From: an uncultured Acidobacteriaceae bacterium | Lineage (GTDB): Bacteria > Acidobacteriota > Terriglobia > Terriglobales > Acidobacteriaceae | Length of the DNA stretch: 64,000 nucleotides | Assembly (NCBI GenBank): GCA_963760475.1 | Contig: CAVXDG010000002.1 | Span: 11,602 to 75,601, forward strand | Reading direction: 5' to 3' | Shown here: positions 22,140 to 32,116 of the stretch, piece by piece | Numbering within the stretch: the first letter of the stretch is position 1 | Layout: the number at the start of each line of letters is the position of its first letter | Program-made: the position numbers and the translations under genes | Notes under the pieces: generated by a model | The model's database searches: none | Told to the model about the DNA's origin: nothing | What the model saw: the letters and a program-made list of their open reading frames with translations, nothing else

Positions 22140-22841
22140 ATGAAAAGTTGTTCCCCATCGCGCGTCCTCTCCGTTCACGCTGTAGCGCTCGGTCTCGCTC
22201 TCTGTATCCCAGCGTTTTCTACGCATGTCTGGGCCCAAGCCCCCGCCGACAAACCGAAGACCGGTCTGCAGGCGAACCCATTCCCTGAAGACACAAAGAC
22301 GGTTCCCGTGCTGCCGCCGGCGAATGCCCCGGTCGCGGCTCCACCCGGTGCCGACGACTCGGTCAATGTTCAACTGCCCGGTGATGAAAACGATCCCGTG
22401 CGCAGTCCCGATGAAGCGCAGCCATCCACCGGAGACTCCACCACTTCAAGTTCAAGCAGCGCAGGCCTCGACAACCTGCTCAAGCCGCCGCCAGACACCG
22501 GCAAAAACGGCCAGCCCAAAGACGAGTCGCACACGGGCCCCAAAGAAGACGAGAGCGTAGGCAGCTATTACCTCGACCAGAAGAACTGGAGAGCGGCGTT
22601 GTCCCGCTTCGAGTCGGCCTTTGTGCTCGACCCCGAAAACCCTGATGTCTATTGGGGATTGGCCGAGTCCCAGCGTCACCTTGGCAGCTACGCCGACGCC
22701 AAGAAAAACTACTTGAAAGTTATGGAGTACGACCCCGACAGCAAACACAGCAAGGAAGCGAAGAAGATTCTCAAAGAGCCGGAAATGGAAAACGCCAAGG
22801 CCGTTTCCGCTGGTGTTCCGGCCTCGACTTCGCACCAGTAA
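22140..22841 (+). CDS. Exported TPR protein
   Basis: Signal peptide, Pro/Ser-rich linker and C-terminal TPR helices. Confidence 0.75.
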   Translation: MKSCSPSRVLSVHAVALGLALCIPAFSTHVWAQAPADKPKTGLQANPFPEDTKTVPVLPPANAPVAAPPGADDSVNVQLPGDENDPVRSPDEAQPSTGDSTTSSSSSAGLDNLLKPPPDTGKNGQPKDESHTGPKEDESVGSYYLDQKNWRAALSRFESAFVLDPENPDVYWGLAESQRHLGSYADAKKNYLKVMEYDPDSKHSKEAKKILKEPEMENAKAVSAGVPASTSHQ

Positions 22842-22856
22842 GCGGATCGCCGCACG

Positions 22857-23762
22857 TCACAAAATCCCAGCCCACCGTAGGTACGCACCAAGAATCTCCG
22901 AACCCCACAATGCGCTCACAATGCCGCCAATACAGAGAAACGTCCCCAGCGGCAATTTCGTCAGGCCCGTCGTCGCCGCGCCTTCACCGGTCTGCGGCCT
23001 CAGAAGAAGCACAATCCCCACCACCGCGCCCAGCACCACGCCGATCGCAAACGCCAGCAGTGCGCCGGGAAGTCCTAGCCAGGCTGCCAGCATCGCCATC
23101 AGCTTCGCATCGCCTAGCCCGATGCCTTCGCGCCGGCGGACAAGCCAGTAGATCCAGCGGATCGCTAGAACAAGCCCAGCCGCGATGAGGATCGCAAACG
23201 CGACCCTGAGCATCTGATTGAGCAGCGAGAACGGAGCTGAAGGCTCGCCAGAGGTAAGGCCCAAAGAGCTCGCAACCAGGAAGTCCCCGCGCATTAGGCT
23301 CACCACGAGGCCAAGCACTATGCCCGGTAACGTCACGATATCCGGAAGCCACAGGTGCTCCGCATCCAGCGCCGCGAGTCCCACGAGGATCCAAACCAGC
23401 AGGATTTTTCCGATGGTGGGGGCCGCTGCCTCGATGAGGCCGAGGGGACTAAACGAAATCCCCGCATGCCACCAGGCAATTTGCCACACAACTGCCGCCC
23501 ACAATGTCCCCACCGCCAGCTCAACCATCGGATACCGCCAGCCAATCCAACCCCGGCACGTTCGGCAGCGCCCACCCAGCGCCAGCCAACTCACCAGCGG
23601 AACATTCTCCCACCACGTCAGGGTCCGCCCGCAGGCGCGGCAATGCGAGCGCGGGTGCACCACGCTCTCGCCCGCGGGCCAGCGGCTGAGACACACGTTC
23701 AGAAAGCTGCCGAACGCCAACCCCGCCAGCCCCGCAAACACCGTTAATGGAATTCGAATCAT
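22857..23762 (-). CDS. pilD: Prepilin peptidase / N-methyltransferase (A24)
   Basis: GSFLNV, two CxxC motifs, LDAEHLWLPD, GLGDAKL and LPLGTFL. Confidence 0.92.
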   Translation of the reverse strand: MIRIPLTVFAGLAGLAFGSFLNVCLSRWPAGESVVHPRSHCRACGRTLTWWENVPLVSWLALGGRCRTCRGWIGWRYPMVELAVGTLWAAVVWQIAWWHAGISFSPLGLIEAAAPTIGKILLVWILVGLAALDAEHLWLPDIVTLPGIVLGLVVSLMRGDFLVASSLGLTSGEPSAPFSLLNQMLRVAFAILIAAGLVLAIRWIYWLVRRREGIGLGDAKLMAMLAAWLGLPGALLAFAIGVVLGAVVGIVLLLRPQTGEGAATTGLTKLPLGTFLCIGGIVSALWGSEILGAYLRWAGIL

Positions 23763-23881
23763 CCGCGCGTTTGAGTATACGGGCCGGCAAACGCGTGCCC
23801 CGCAAAGAACGCTGGTGGCGATCGCCGCCGCGCGTTGCACCATACGACCCCGTTTGCACGGCCCGGGTTAAACTACCAACG

Positions 23882-24832
23882 ATGGACGTTGCACGACAGG
23901 CAGACGCTCCAGAACCACCCTCGACCCCACGCACCACGGTCGTCACTGATCCAGCGCGGGCCGCAGCATTATTTGAGCAGTCGGCGGCTATCATGGCCCG
24001 TCTTCGCGCACCCGGCGGATGCCCATGGGATCGCGAGCAGTCCTTCGACTCCATTCGCAAATACACGCTTGAAGAGGCCTATGAGGTCTTTGACGCCATC
24101 GAGCGCCGTGACTTTCCCCATCTCGCCGAGGAGCTAGGCGACCTGCTCCTGCAGGTTCTCTTCTATGCGGAGATGGCCGCCAACGAAGGCCACTTTACCA
24201 TCGCCGACGTGCTCGATCACCTCAACCGCAAGCTCATCCGCCGCCATCCGCATGTCTTCGGCGAAGAGGCTTCGCGCGCCGCAGGCAATGCTGCCGTCGT
24301 CGACTCCAACGTAGATGGTTCATCCGCCGCCGTCCTGCGCAACTGGGATGAAATCAAAGCAGCCGAGGCACCATTGCATGGAGCAGACTCCTCAAATAAC
24401 TCGCGGCTTGATGGAGTCCAACGCGCTCTCCCCGCTCTGGCTGAAGCCGCAAAGCTCGGCTCGAAGGCCGCCAAGTCCGGCTTCGACTGGCCCGATTGGC
24501 GCGGCCTTCTCCCCAAAATTGCCGAAGAAACCGCCGAACTCGAAGCCGAAGCAGTAGCCATCGATCCTGCCAATCCCGCGCAGCAACAGAAAGTAGAAGC
24601 CGAACTGGGCGACCTTCTCTTCACCGTCGTCAATCTCGGCCGTCATCTCGGCGTCGATGCGGAGATGGCTCTTCGCGGCTGCAATCTGCGATTCCGCCAA
24701 CGCTTCCACGCGATGGAGGAAGCCTCTGCACGTCCGCTTGAAGAGCTCGCCCCGCAGGAGCTCGAAACCCTCTGGGCCGAAGCCAAGCGAAAACTCTCCG
24801 ACACTGCACCCGTTCCGGAGACCCGGCCATGA
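23882..24832 (+). CDS. mazG: Nucleoside triphosphate pyrophosphohydrolase
   Basis: GGCPWDREQ, EEAYEV, EELGDLL and RRHPHVF; second MazG domain present. Confidence 0.95.
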   Translation: MDVARQADAPEPPSTPRTTVVTDPARAAALFEQSAAIMARLRAPGGCPWDREQSFDSIRKYTLEEAYEVFDAIERRDFPHLAEELGDLLLQVLFYAEMAANEGHFTIADVLDHLNRKLIRRHPHVFGEEASRAAGNAAVVDSNVDGSSAAVLRNWDEIKAAEAPLHGADSSNNSRLDGVQRALPALAEAAKLGSKAAKSGFDWPDWRGLLPKIAEETAELEAEAVAIDPANPAQQQKVEAELGDLLFTVVNLGRHLGVDAEMALRGCNLRFRQRFHAMEEASARPLEELAPQELETLWAEAKRKLSDTAPVPETRP

Positions 24833-25623
24833 TCGTCATCCGCAACTGCTCCGGTTTCGACGAGCTCGAAGCCTGCGTGCAACTCCAGATCGAAACCTGG
24901 GGCTACGACGACAGCGATGTCATTCCGCGCAAGGCATTCCTCGTTGGCCAGAAGATCGGCGGCCAGGTCATCGGTGCTTTCGATACCAGCCTGCCCGGCG
25001 CCACTCCCGAAGGCTCGCCCGAATCTCTCGTTGGTTTCGCCATGTCTTTGCCTGGCGTTAAAACCAGCTCCGGCGAACCCCGCGCCTATCTTCATTCCCA
25101 CATGCTCGCCGTGCGCGACTCGTATCGCAATCGCGGTCTCGGCGCCCAAATCAAGCTTCAGCAGCGTGTTGAGGCGCTCTCCCGCAACATTCGCTTGATG
25201 GAATGGACGTTCGATCCACTCGAGATCAAAAACGCGCATTTAAATATCCACAAGCTCGGCGTCATCATTCGTTGCTACCACGTGAATTTCTATGGTGTAT
25301 CCTCAAGTCGTCTGCAAGGAGGACTCCCCACAGATCGTTTCGTGGCTGAGTGGCATCTCAGTTCCTCCAGGGTCGCAGCAATTCTCGAAGGTAAACCCAG
25401 GGTCGCTTTCGACATCGAGGAACGTATCTCGGTTCCGTCATCCATCTACCAGTGGAAGGCATCCGAATTGGACCGGGAGCGGGCCTTGACCGTGCAATTA
25501 GAAAATCGCCTCAGGTTTCAGGATGCTTTTCGTCGCGGATTAGCCATACTCGGTTTCTCTCGCGATGCTCAAGGTAACGGTGTCTTCGAGTTGGGTTCCC
25601 CTACCCAGGCGGAGATGGATTGA
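24829..25623 (+). CDS. GNAT acyltransferase (amino-acid N-succinyltransferase-like)
   Basis: YLHSHMLAV, RNRGLG, WTFDPLE..NAHLN and TDRFVAEW; upstream of OSBS/NSAR. Confidence 0.8.
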   Translation: MIVIRNCSGFDELEACVQLQIETWGYDDSDVIPRKAFLVGQKIGGQVIGAFDTSLPGATPEGSPESLVGFAMSLPGVKTSSGEPRAYLHSHMLAVRDSYRNRGLGAQIKLQQRVEALSRNIRLMEWTFDPLEIKNAHLNIHKLGVIIRCYHVNFYGVSSSRLQGGLPTDRFVAEWHLSSSRVAAILEGKPRVAFDIEERISVPSSIYQWKASELDRERALTVQLENRLRFQDAFRRGLAILGFSRDAQGNGVFELGSPTQAEMD

Positions 25624-25707
25624 AGAGGAATCGTCAAAGCTCAACCGGTTGAACTTGATTGAAACAGCTTCTAATTCATTGCTGACGGTCAAAGGAATTC
25701 ACTTTTT

Positions 25708-26832
25708 ATGAGAATCGATGGAATCGTCCTTCGCGAATTGCATCTCCCCCTCGTGCGTCCCTTCGAAACCAGCTTTGGCGTCACTACCGACCGCCGTATT
25801 CTCCTCGCCGAAGTTCGCTCTGAGGGCCTCATCGGCTGGGGTGAGTGCACCGCCGGTGAGCGGCCGTTCTTCTCCGGCGAAACCACCGACACTGCCTGGC
25901 AGATTCTCGTCCATGAGCTCGGCCCCATGCTGGCCTCTGAATCTCCCGAGCACGGCGGCGATTGCCCACGCATCTTCAAGCGCGTCCGCGGCAACCAGAT
26001 GGCTAAAGCCACGCTCGAAAACGCGGTCTGGGATCTTGAAGCGCAACGTGAAGGCCTCTCCATCTCCACACTCCTTGGCGGTGTGCGCGAGACCATTCCT
26101 TGCGGTGTCTCGCTCGGCATCCAGGCATCCATTTCCGAGTTGATGGCCATCATCGAGCGCGAACTTGCCGCCGGCTATCAGCGCATCAAGCTCAAGTGCA
26201 AGCCCGGCTGGGATGTCGAAGTCTTCGAGAAAGTTCGCAGCCGCTGGCCCGGCATCATGCTCTCCTGCGATGCCAACTCCGCTTACAAGCTGCGCGATAC
26301 CGACCACCTTGTCTCCTTCGATCAGTTCGACCTCCTCATGATCGAGCAGCCCCTCTGGCACGACGACTTCTACTATCACTCCATGCTGCAGAGGCAACTC
26401 AACACCCCCATCTGTCTCGATGAGTCCATCCGCAATCGCCGCGACGCGCTCGCCGCCATCGAGATGGAGTCCTGCAAGATCATCAACATCAAGCTCGGCC
26501 GCGTCGGCGGTTTCTCTGAAGCCATCGCCGTCCACAACGCCGCACAGGAGCGTGGTATCCCGGTCTGGTGCGGAGGCATGCTCGAGTCCGGCATCGGCCG
26601 CTCCCACAACATCGCACTCTCTTCGCTCGAAAACTTCTCGCTCCCCGGCGATGTCTCGGCCTCGGCCCGCTATTGGAAAGAAGACATCATCGAGCCCGAA
26701 GTCACCGTGTCTCCGGAAGGCGAAATTGCAGTTCCCGATACCCCCGGCCGCGGCTACGAGGTGCGCTACGACCTGATCGAGCGCCTCACCATCCGCAAAG
26801 AAACCGTGCGAGCACTCGAACTGGTGGGTTAG
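25708..26832 (+). CDS. menC: OSBS / N-succinylamino acid racemase (enolase superfamily)
   Basis: PFETSFG, RIKLK, DAN, EQP, DES, NIK, GGMLESG and PGDVSAS, the NSAR/OSBS subfamily pattern. Confidence 0.88.
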   Translation: MRIDGIVLRELHLPLVRPFETSFGVTTDRRILLAEVRSEGLIGWGECTAGERPFFSGETTDTAWQILVHELGPMLASESPEHGGDCPRIFKRVRGNQMAKATLENAVWDLEAQREGLSISTLLGGVRETIPCGVSLGIQASISELMAIIERELAAGYQRIKLKCKPGWDVEVFEKVRSRWPGIMLSCDANSAYKLRDTDHLVSFDQFDLLMIEQPLWHDDFYYHSMLQRQLNTPICLDESIRNRRDALAAIEMESCKIINIKLGRVGGFSEAIAVHNAAQERGIPVWCGGMLESGIGRSHNIALSSLENFSLPGDVSASARYWKEDIIEPEVTVSPEGEIAVPDTPGRGYEVRYDLIERLTIRKETVRALELVG

Positions 26833-26908
26833 TTCTCCGCCTCTCGCAATCAGCACGTCGGCGGTTTCGACTGGCGGCGGTGATTTGCTTTGAGCGTCTC
26901 GAAGGGGA

Positions 26909-27706
26909 CTATCCCCCCTTCCGCCGTCCCCAGTCAAACCGCCGCCCTAGAATCCCCTTCACGATCCAATGATCGGTTGCTGCGGTCGGCCCAATTCCGA
27001 CGCCGAAGTTGATCTCCCACTTCGGCGAGACGTTCAGATCGATTGCAGGAAAGATCTGTTGCTGCTGGTCGTGCATCGCGGCGATGTTCGTGATGCTTCC
27101 GTAGTCGGCGTAGTACTCAAGGCCGCCGGAGATCTGCTTCGTGAACGCGTAGCTCACCTTGACGTTGGGCGCAAAATCCAGGCCCAGATTTACATCCGGT
27201 CCGTGCCAGGTTCGTTCGAGTGCAGGATTGATGGCGAAGTACCAGTGGCCTGCGGTCTTGTCCACAATCGGCCTTATCTCCCACGTCCAGGTATCCGGCG
27301 AGAAGCGCGCCCGCTGGTAGCCCACTTCCATCGAGAGGCTTGCGCCTACCGGCCAATGCCAGCTGTCGGGCGCACGCACGCGCGGCCGGATATGATCGCC
27401 CACCCATTGCGCCCCGGCACCGCTCTGCTCGCTGGTAAAGATGTAGAAGCCCAGCTCCGACCAGTCGTTGATTCCTTGCGTGATCTCGATCGTCTCGTGT
27501 TCGGCGTGGTGGGTCGGCGCAACCCCGTTGATGGAGTGGCGCTGCCCGTCAGCCGTAAAGTTGGAGTGCAGCTCGACCATCGTGCTGTGCGCCGGTACGG
27601 TATCCGCGCCATACACCTGGATCTCGTAATTGCCCTGCGCCAGCAGGACCCGCCCGCCAAATGCGCTCAAGACGAATGCCGCAGCGATTAGAAAAGGAAC
27701 ACGCAA
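26909..27706 (-). CDS. Hypothetical exported beta-barrel-like protein (start uncertain)
   Basis: Signal peptide followed by NYEIQVYG and amphipathic beta strands. Confidence 0.6.
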   Translation of the reverse strand: MRVPFLIAAAFVLSAFGGRVLLAQGNYEIQVYGADTVPAHSTMVELHSNFTADGQRHSINGVAPTHHAEHETIEITQGINDWSELGFYIFTSEQSGAGAQWVGDHIRPRVRAPDSWHWPVGASLSMEVGYQRARFSPDTWTWEIRPIVDKTAGHWYFAINPALERTWHGPDVNLGLDFAPNVKVSYAFTKQISGGLEYYADYGSITNIAAMHDQQQQIFPAIDLNVSPKWEINFGVGIGPTAATDHWIVKGILGRRFDWGRRKGG

Positions 27707-27945
27707 GAAATGACACCTTCTCGATTGATCCGTTCTGATCGCAGTGTTGCGCAAAGAAACTGTCTTGCGCGGCGGGCGATCGAATTCTTCAATTGAATTC
27801 TCCCACGGATTCACGACCCTGTTCTCCCTTTCCCGCCAGCCCGCAGCCGCCTCCCCGCAGCCGCCGTTCTCCAACATCTCCCGGTGGTATACTCGCAAGG
27901 GCAGCAGATCAACAGCGCCTGCATTTTCAACACACTGAGGTTCCC

Positions 27946-28692
<747 letters not shown>

Positions 28693-28716
28693 GCCTGCCT
28701 CAGGATTCCGACAGAG

Positions 28717-28743
28717 AGGCCGACCTGACGGGTCGGCCTTTTC
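28717..28743 (+). terminator. Intrinsic terminator after yebC
   Basis: AGGCCGACC-loop-GGTCGGCCT followed by a T run. Confidence 0.75.
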
Positions 28744-28758
28744 TGTGACAATCAAACC

Positions 28759-29514
28759 ATGGATTCAAGGAAGGGAAGAAGTTTGACGCGCCGAACGAAG
28801 GTTTTCCTGCTTGTCTTGATGGCGGCCTCCCTGGCTCCCGCATTCGCGTGCTTCGCGGAGTCGACCGCGACCGCCGCGTCCGATTCAAAGGCGCCCGAGA
28901 GCCCCGTCGCCGAAGTTCGCATCGACCGAAGTTGGGAGTACGGCCCCTTCATCAATTGGGGCAAAGGCGTCGGCGACCGCTCCGATTTCAACTTCCTTTG
29001 GGGTGGCGGGCAGGTGGGCAAGGTGATGACGCCCGTGCTGCACGCCGGCTTCCTTTCAGGCCAGTTCGAATATGGCGCAAATATCATGCCTCTCTGGCTC
29101 GCCTTTACACCCGCCGCGCACGATCAGACTTTCCTCTACCAGGGCCAGGTTTACACGCAGACCATCGGCGGCGGAAACTATATCGGCCTTAGCCTCACAC
29201 CGGTTATTTTTCGCTGGAATTTCCTCACCCATTCCCACCGCATCCAGCCTTGGTTTCAGGGTGCAGGTGGCCTTATCTATACAACGCACAAATTTCCGCC
29301 TGAAGTGCTTGTACCCCACGGCACCCCCGGCGGCACCTCCGTCTGGAACTTCTCCCCACAGGGCGGTCTCGGCCTCCACTACTTTCTCCGCTCCCGCCGG
29401 TCCATCGATCTCGGCGTCAACGCTGTCCACATCTCCTCCGCCTCGCTCGGCGACCGCAATCCGGGCGTCAATGCCAGTATTCAGATCCAGGTGGGGTATA
29501 CGTTCTGGAAATGA
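28759..29514 (+). CDS. PagL-like acyloxyacyl hydrolase (outer-membrane beta-barrel)
   Basis: Signal peptide; C-terminal H-x-S (HISSAS) and NPGVN; ends in an aromatic strand. Confidence 0.7.
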   Translation: MDSRKGRSLTRRTKVFLLVLMAASLAPAFACFAESTATAASDSKAPESPVAEVRIDRSWEYGPFINWGKGVGDRSDFNFLWGGGQVGKVMTPVLHAGFLSGQFEYGANIMPLWLAFTPAAHDQTFLYQGQVYTQTIGGGNYIGLSLTPVIFRWNFLTHSHRIQPWFQGAGGLIYTTHKFPPEVLVPHGTPGGTSVWNFSPQGGLGLHYFLRSRRSIDLGVNAVHISSASLGDRNPGVNASIQIQVGYTFWK

Positions 29515-30437
29515 CCCGGAAAGAACCAGTCGTTGAGTGCGTCCCTAATTTCTCTGAAGGCAGAGACGTCCGCTGCATCCAGGCCATCGTGGCTGCGATG
29601 CGCGTCGAAGGGGTGCATCTGCTTGACTTGTCCATGAACGCCGATCACAATCGTTCCGTTGTCACCATCGCGGGTGAACCGTCGGCTGTTGTTGAGGCGG
29701 CAATCCGCGGAGCAGGGAAGGCAGCCGAGTTAATCGACCTTACCCGGCAGGAAGGCGTTCATCCGCGCATCGGCGCCGCCGATGTCATCCCCTTCGTCCC
29801 CATCGCAGGAATCAAACTCGAGCAGTGTGTCATGCTCGCGCGACAGGCTGGCCTCGGCATCTCACAGCGCTTCGGCATTCCTGTCTACTTTTACGAAGCT
29901 GCGGCCGCACGGCCCGATCGCGCCAACCTCGACGACCTGCGCCGCGGCCAGTTTGAAGGCTTGCGCGATATCGTGCGCAAAGAAGCAGCGCGCCGCCCCG
30001 ACCTTGGCGGACCAGGGCTGCACCCCACGGCCGGTGCCTGCGCTGTCGGCGCGCGCAAGTTCCTCGTTGAATACAACATCTACTTCGACTCTGCCGACGT
30101 CGCTCTCGTCCGCGCCATTGCCCGCGATATGCGCGCCGCCTCCGGTGGATTGAAGGGTGTCAAGGCCCTGGGTGTTCTTGCGCATGGGCGTGCCCAGCTC
30201 TCGATGAACATCACCGATTTCCAGGCCACGCCCCTCTCGCAGGTCTATGAAACCGTCTCGCGCCTCGCCTTCAGGCACAAAGCGGCGCCTGTCGAAGGCG
30301 AGGTCATCGGCCTTATCCCCGATGCCGCCTGTGAGCGCGAGAGCGAGTGGATGCGTCAGTTAAGTGGGTTCGATCCGCTTACCAAAATACTCGAGAATCG
30401 GCTCGACGCTCCGCTCGATTGGCCTGGAGAAAAGTAA
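29511..30437 (+). CDS. ftcD: Glutamate formimidoyltransferase (FT domain only)
   Basis: VECVPNFSEGR, DHNRSV, GVHPRIGAADVIPF and HPTAGA motifs. Confidence 0.92.
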   Translation: MTRKEPVVECVPNFSEGRDVRCIQAIVAAMRVEGVHLLDLSMNADHNRSVVTIAGEPSAVVEAAIRGAGKAAELIDLTRQEGVHPRIGAADVIPFVPIAGIKLEQCVMLARQAGLGISQRFGIPVYFYEAAAARPDRANLDDLRRGQFEGLRDIVRKEAARRPDLGGPGLHPTAGACAVGARKFLVEYNIYFDSADVALVRAIARDMRAASGGLKGVKALGVLAHGRAQLSMNITDFQATPLSQVYETVSRLAFRHKAAPVEGEVIGLIPDAACERESEWMRQLSGFDPLTKILENRLDAPLDWPGEK

Positions 30438-30668
30438 CCTCCCCGGTCAGCCGTTGCACGCCTTTCAAAACTTGTGAAGGGTAAAATAACAAAGGAAGGA
30501 AGCGCACATCCGCCCCAGGCATAGCTCTGCGCAGGCCGGATAAGAGTCGCTCACGATGGCCCGTCCTCTTCAGTCTCAACCACGGGAAGGTTGACTCAGA
30601 GGACCATCGAAGGTCGTGGCAACAAATTCCGAGTTTCCCTTCGGCGTTTTGTACTTGGAGGAAAAAGA

Positions 30669-31622
30669 GTGTCGAGTATCTTGTCTCGTATTTCGATCGG
30701 CGCCGTAGCCTTGGCGTGTGCACTGCCCGTTTTCGCTGCACAGCTTTCAGGGGATGCGCGCGCAGCAATCCCGCGTGACCTGCAGCAATTGGTTGTTGTT
30801 GATTATCGCGCCATGCAGAACTCCGACTCGGCCATGCAGCTTAAAGAGCGCGTGATGCCACCCGATCTCAAGCAGTTTGACGATGCGCTCCAGAAGTCCG
30901 GCTTGAACGACAATCACGACGTCGACAGCCTTGCCTTCGCGCTCTATCGCGTGCCCGGCCCCGGCGACCAGCTTGAAACGGTAAGCATCGCCCAGGGACA
31001 GTTCGCCGTCGATGACATGATCGCCGGCTTCCGCAAGCAGAAAGTGCGCCCCACTCTTGTCCGCACCAATCGCGTCTATCCCATGGGCAAGACCGGCATG
31101 GTCCTCTGCTTCGTCGATCCGTCCACCATGGTCTTCGGCAGCTCCGAAGCCGTCAAGCAGGCGCTCGATGTGCGCGATGGGCTCGGGCCGAGCATGCTCA
31201 CCAACAACTCCATCATGGACGCCATGCACTCCGTCGAATCCGAGCCCCTCTGGAGCATCCTCGATCAGAAGGGCACACAGACCATGATGCGCCAGATCCT
31301 CGGCGAAGCCGGTTCCGTTACGGATTATGACTCCGTACGCAAGCGCCTCGTCGGTTCCTGGTACACCATGAACTTCCAGCACGGCGTGCGCTTTGACCTG
31401 ACCATCTCGACGGGTGACTCGTTTGCCGCTGCAACAGTCTCGTCGCTGCTCAATGCGGCCGTGCTCTATCGCAAGATGAGCGGCTCCGAAGACGAGAAAG
31501 CGGCTCTTGCGGCAACTGACGTCTCCTCGAACTCCGGACAGCTCCTGGTCCACTTCCAGTCGTCCGACTCCGATTTCGCCAGCCTGCTCAAGTCCTCGCT
31601 CTTCCAAAGCATGGTGCACTAA
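30669..31622 (+). CDS. Hypothetical exported protein
   Basis: GGAGG RBS with GTG start, signal peptide, strong coding codon bias. Confidence 0.75.
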   Translation: MSSILSRISIGAVALACALPVFAAQLSGDARAAIPRDLQQLVVVDYRAMQNSDSAMQLKERVMPPDLKQFDDALQKSGLNDNHDVDSLAFALYRVPGPGDQLETVSIAQGQFAVDDMIAGFRKQKVRPTLVRTNRVYPMGKTGMVLCFVDPSTMVFGSSEAVKQALDVRDGLGPSMLTNNSIMDAMHSVESEPLWSILDQKGTQTMMRQILGEAGSVTDYDSVRKRLVGSWYTMNFQHGVRFDLTISTGDSFAAATVSSLLNAAVLYRKMSGSEDEKAALAATDVSSNSGQLLVHFQSSDSDFASLLKSSLFQSMVH

Positions 31623-31717
31623 GCGCATCTGCGTGCCGTTCCATCGCCGCTCGTTCTGCATCCTCTGCAGGCGGGCGGCTTTGCTTTGTCCAGGGTGCGT
31701 TCAGGAGGGCCAGTGCG

Positions 31718-32116
31718 TTATTGTCTCGACGTCAGCTCCGGCTTGAAGCTCACTTTGCCACCGGGCAGCAGAACAATCTCCAGCTTGCCCTGCTGATGTT
31801 CGAAGACCTCAGGCCCAGTCGTTTGCCGCACAGCGTGACTCCCGCTCTCGCTGTATTGCACCTTGACCGGACCGCTCAGCCGAACTTGAAACCGGTAGTG
31901 ATACGTAGCGCCGTCCGGCAGGCGATCCGCTCCAAAGCTTGCGCTCGGATAATCCACCTCCAGCAGCTCAATCGCCGCGCCCGTGCGATTCTCTACCGTC
32001 GCATCGATATGCGACGATCGGCATCCCGGCAGAGACACGGCCACCAGCAGCAGAATCAAAACCAGTCCCAGCGGGTTTCGTCGGCTTCGCGATTGCGCCC
32101 GCGCCAGGCGCCTCAC
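31718..32116 (-). CDS. Putative lipoprotein
   Basis: Basic N-terminus, hydrophobic core and LPGC lipobox; overlaps the lpxD stop. Confidence 0.65.
   Translation of the reverse strand: MRRLARAQSRSRRNPLGLVLILLLVAVSLPGCRSSHIDATVENRTGAAIELLEVDYPSASFGADRLPDGATYHYRFQVRLSGPVKVQYSESGSHAVRQTTGPEVFEHQQGKLEIVLLPGGKVSFKPELTSRQ

Noticed and set aside
23882-24832. MazG as an anti-phage or toxin-antitoxin component
   Set aside because: It is the canonical two-domain housekeeping MazG, with no mazEF or defence genes nearby.
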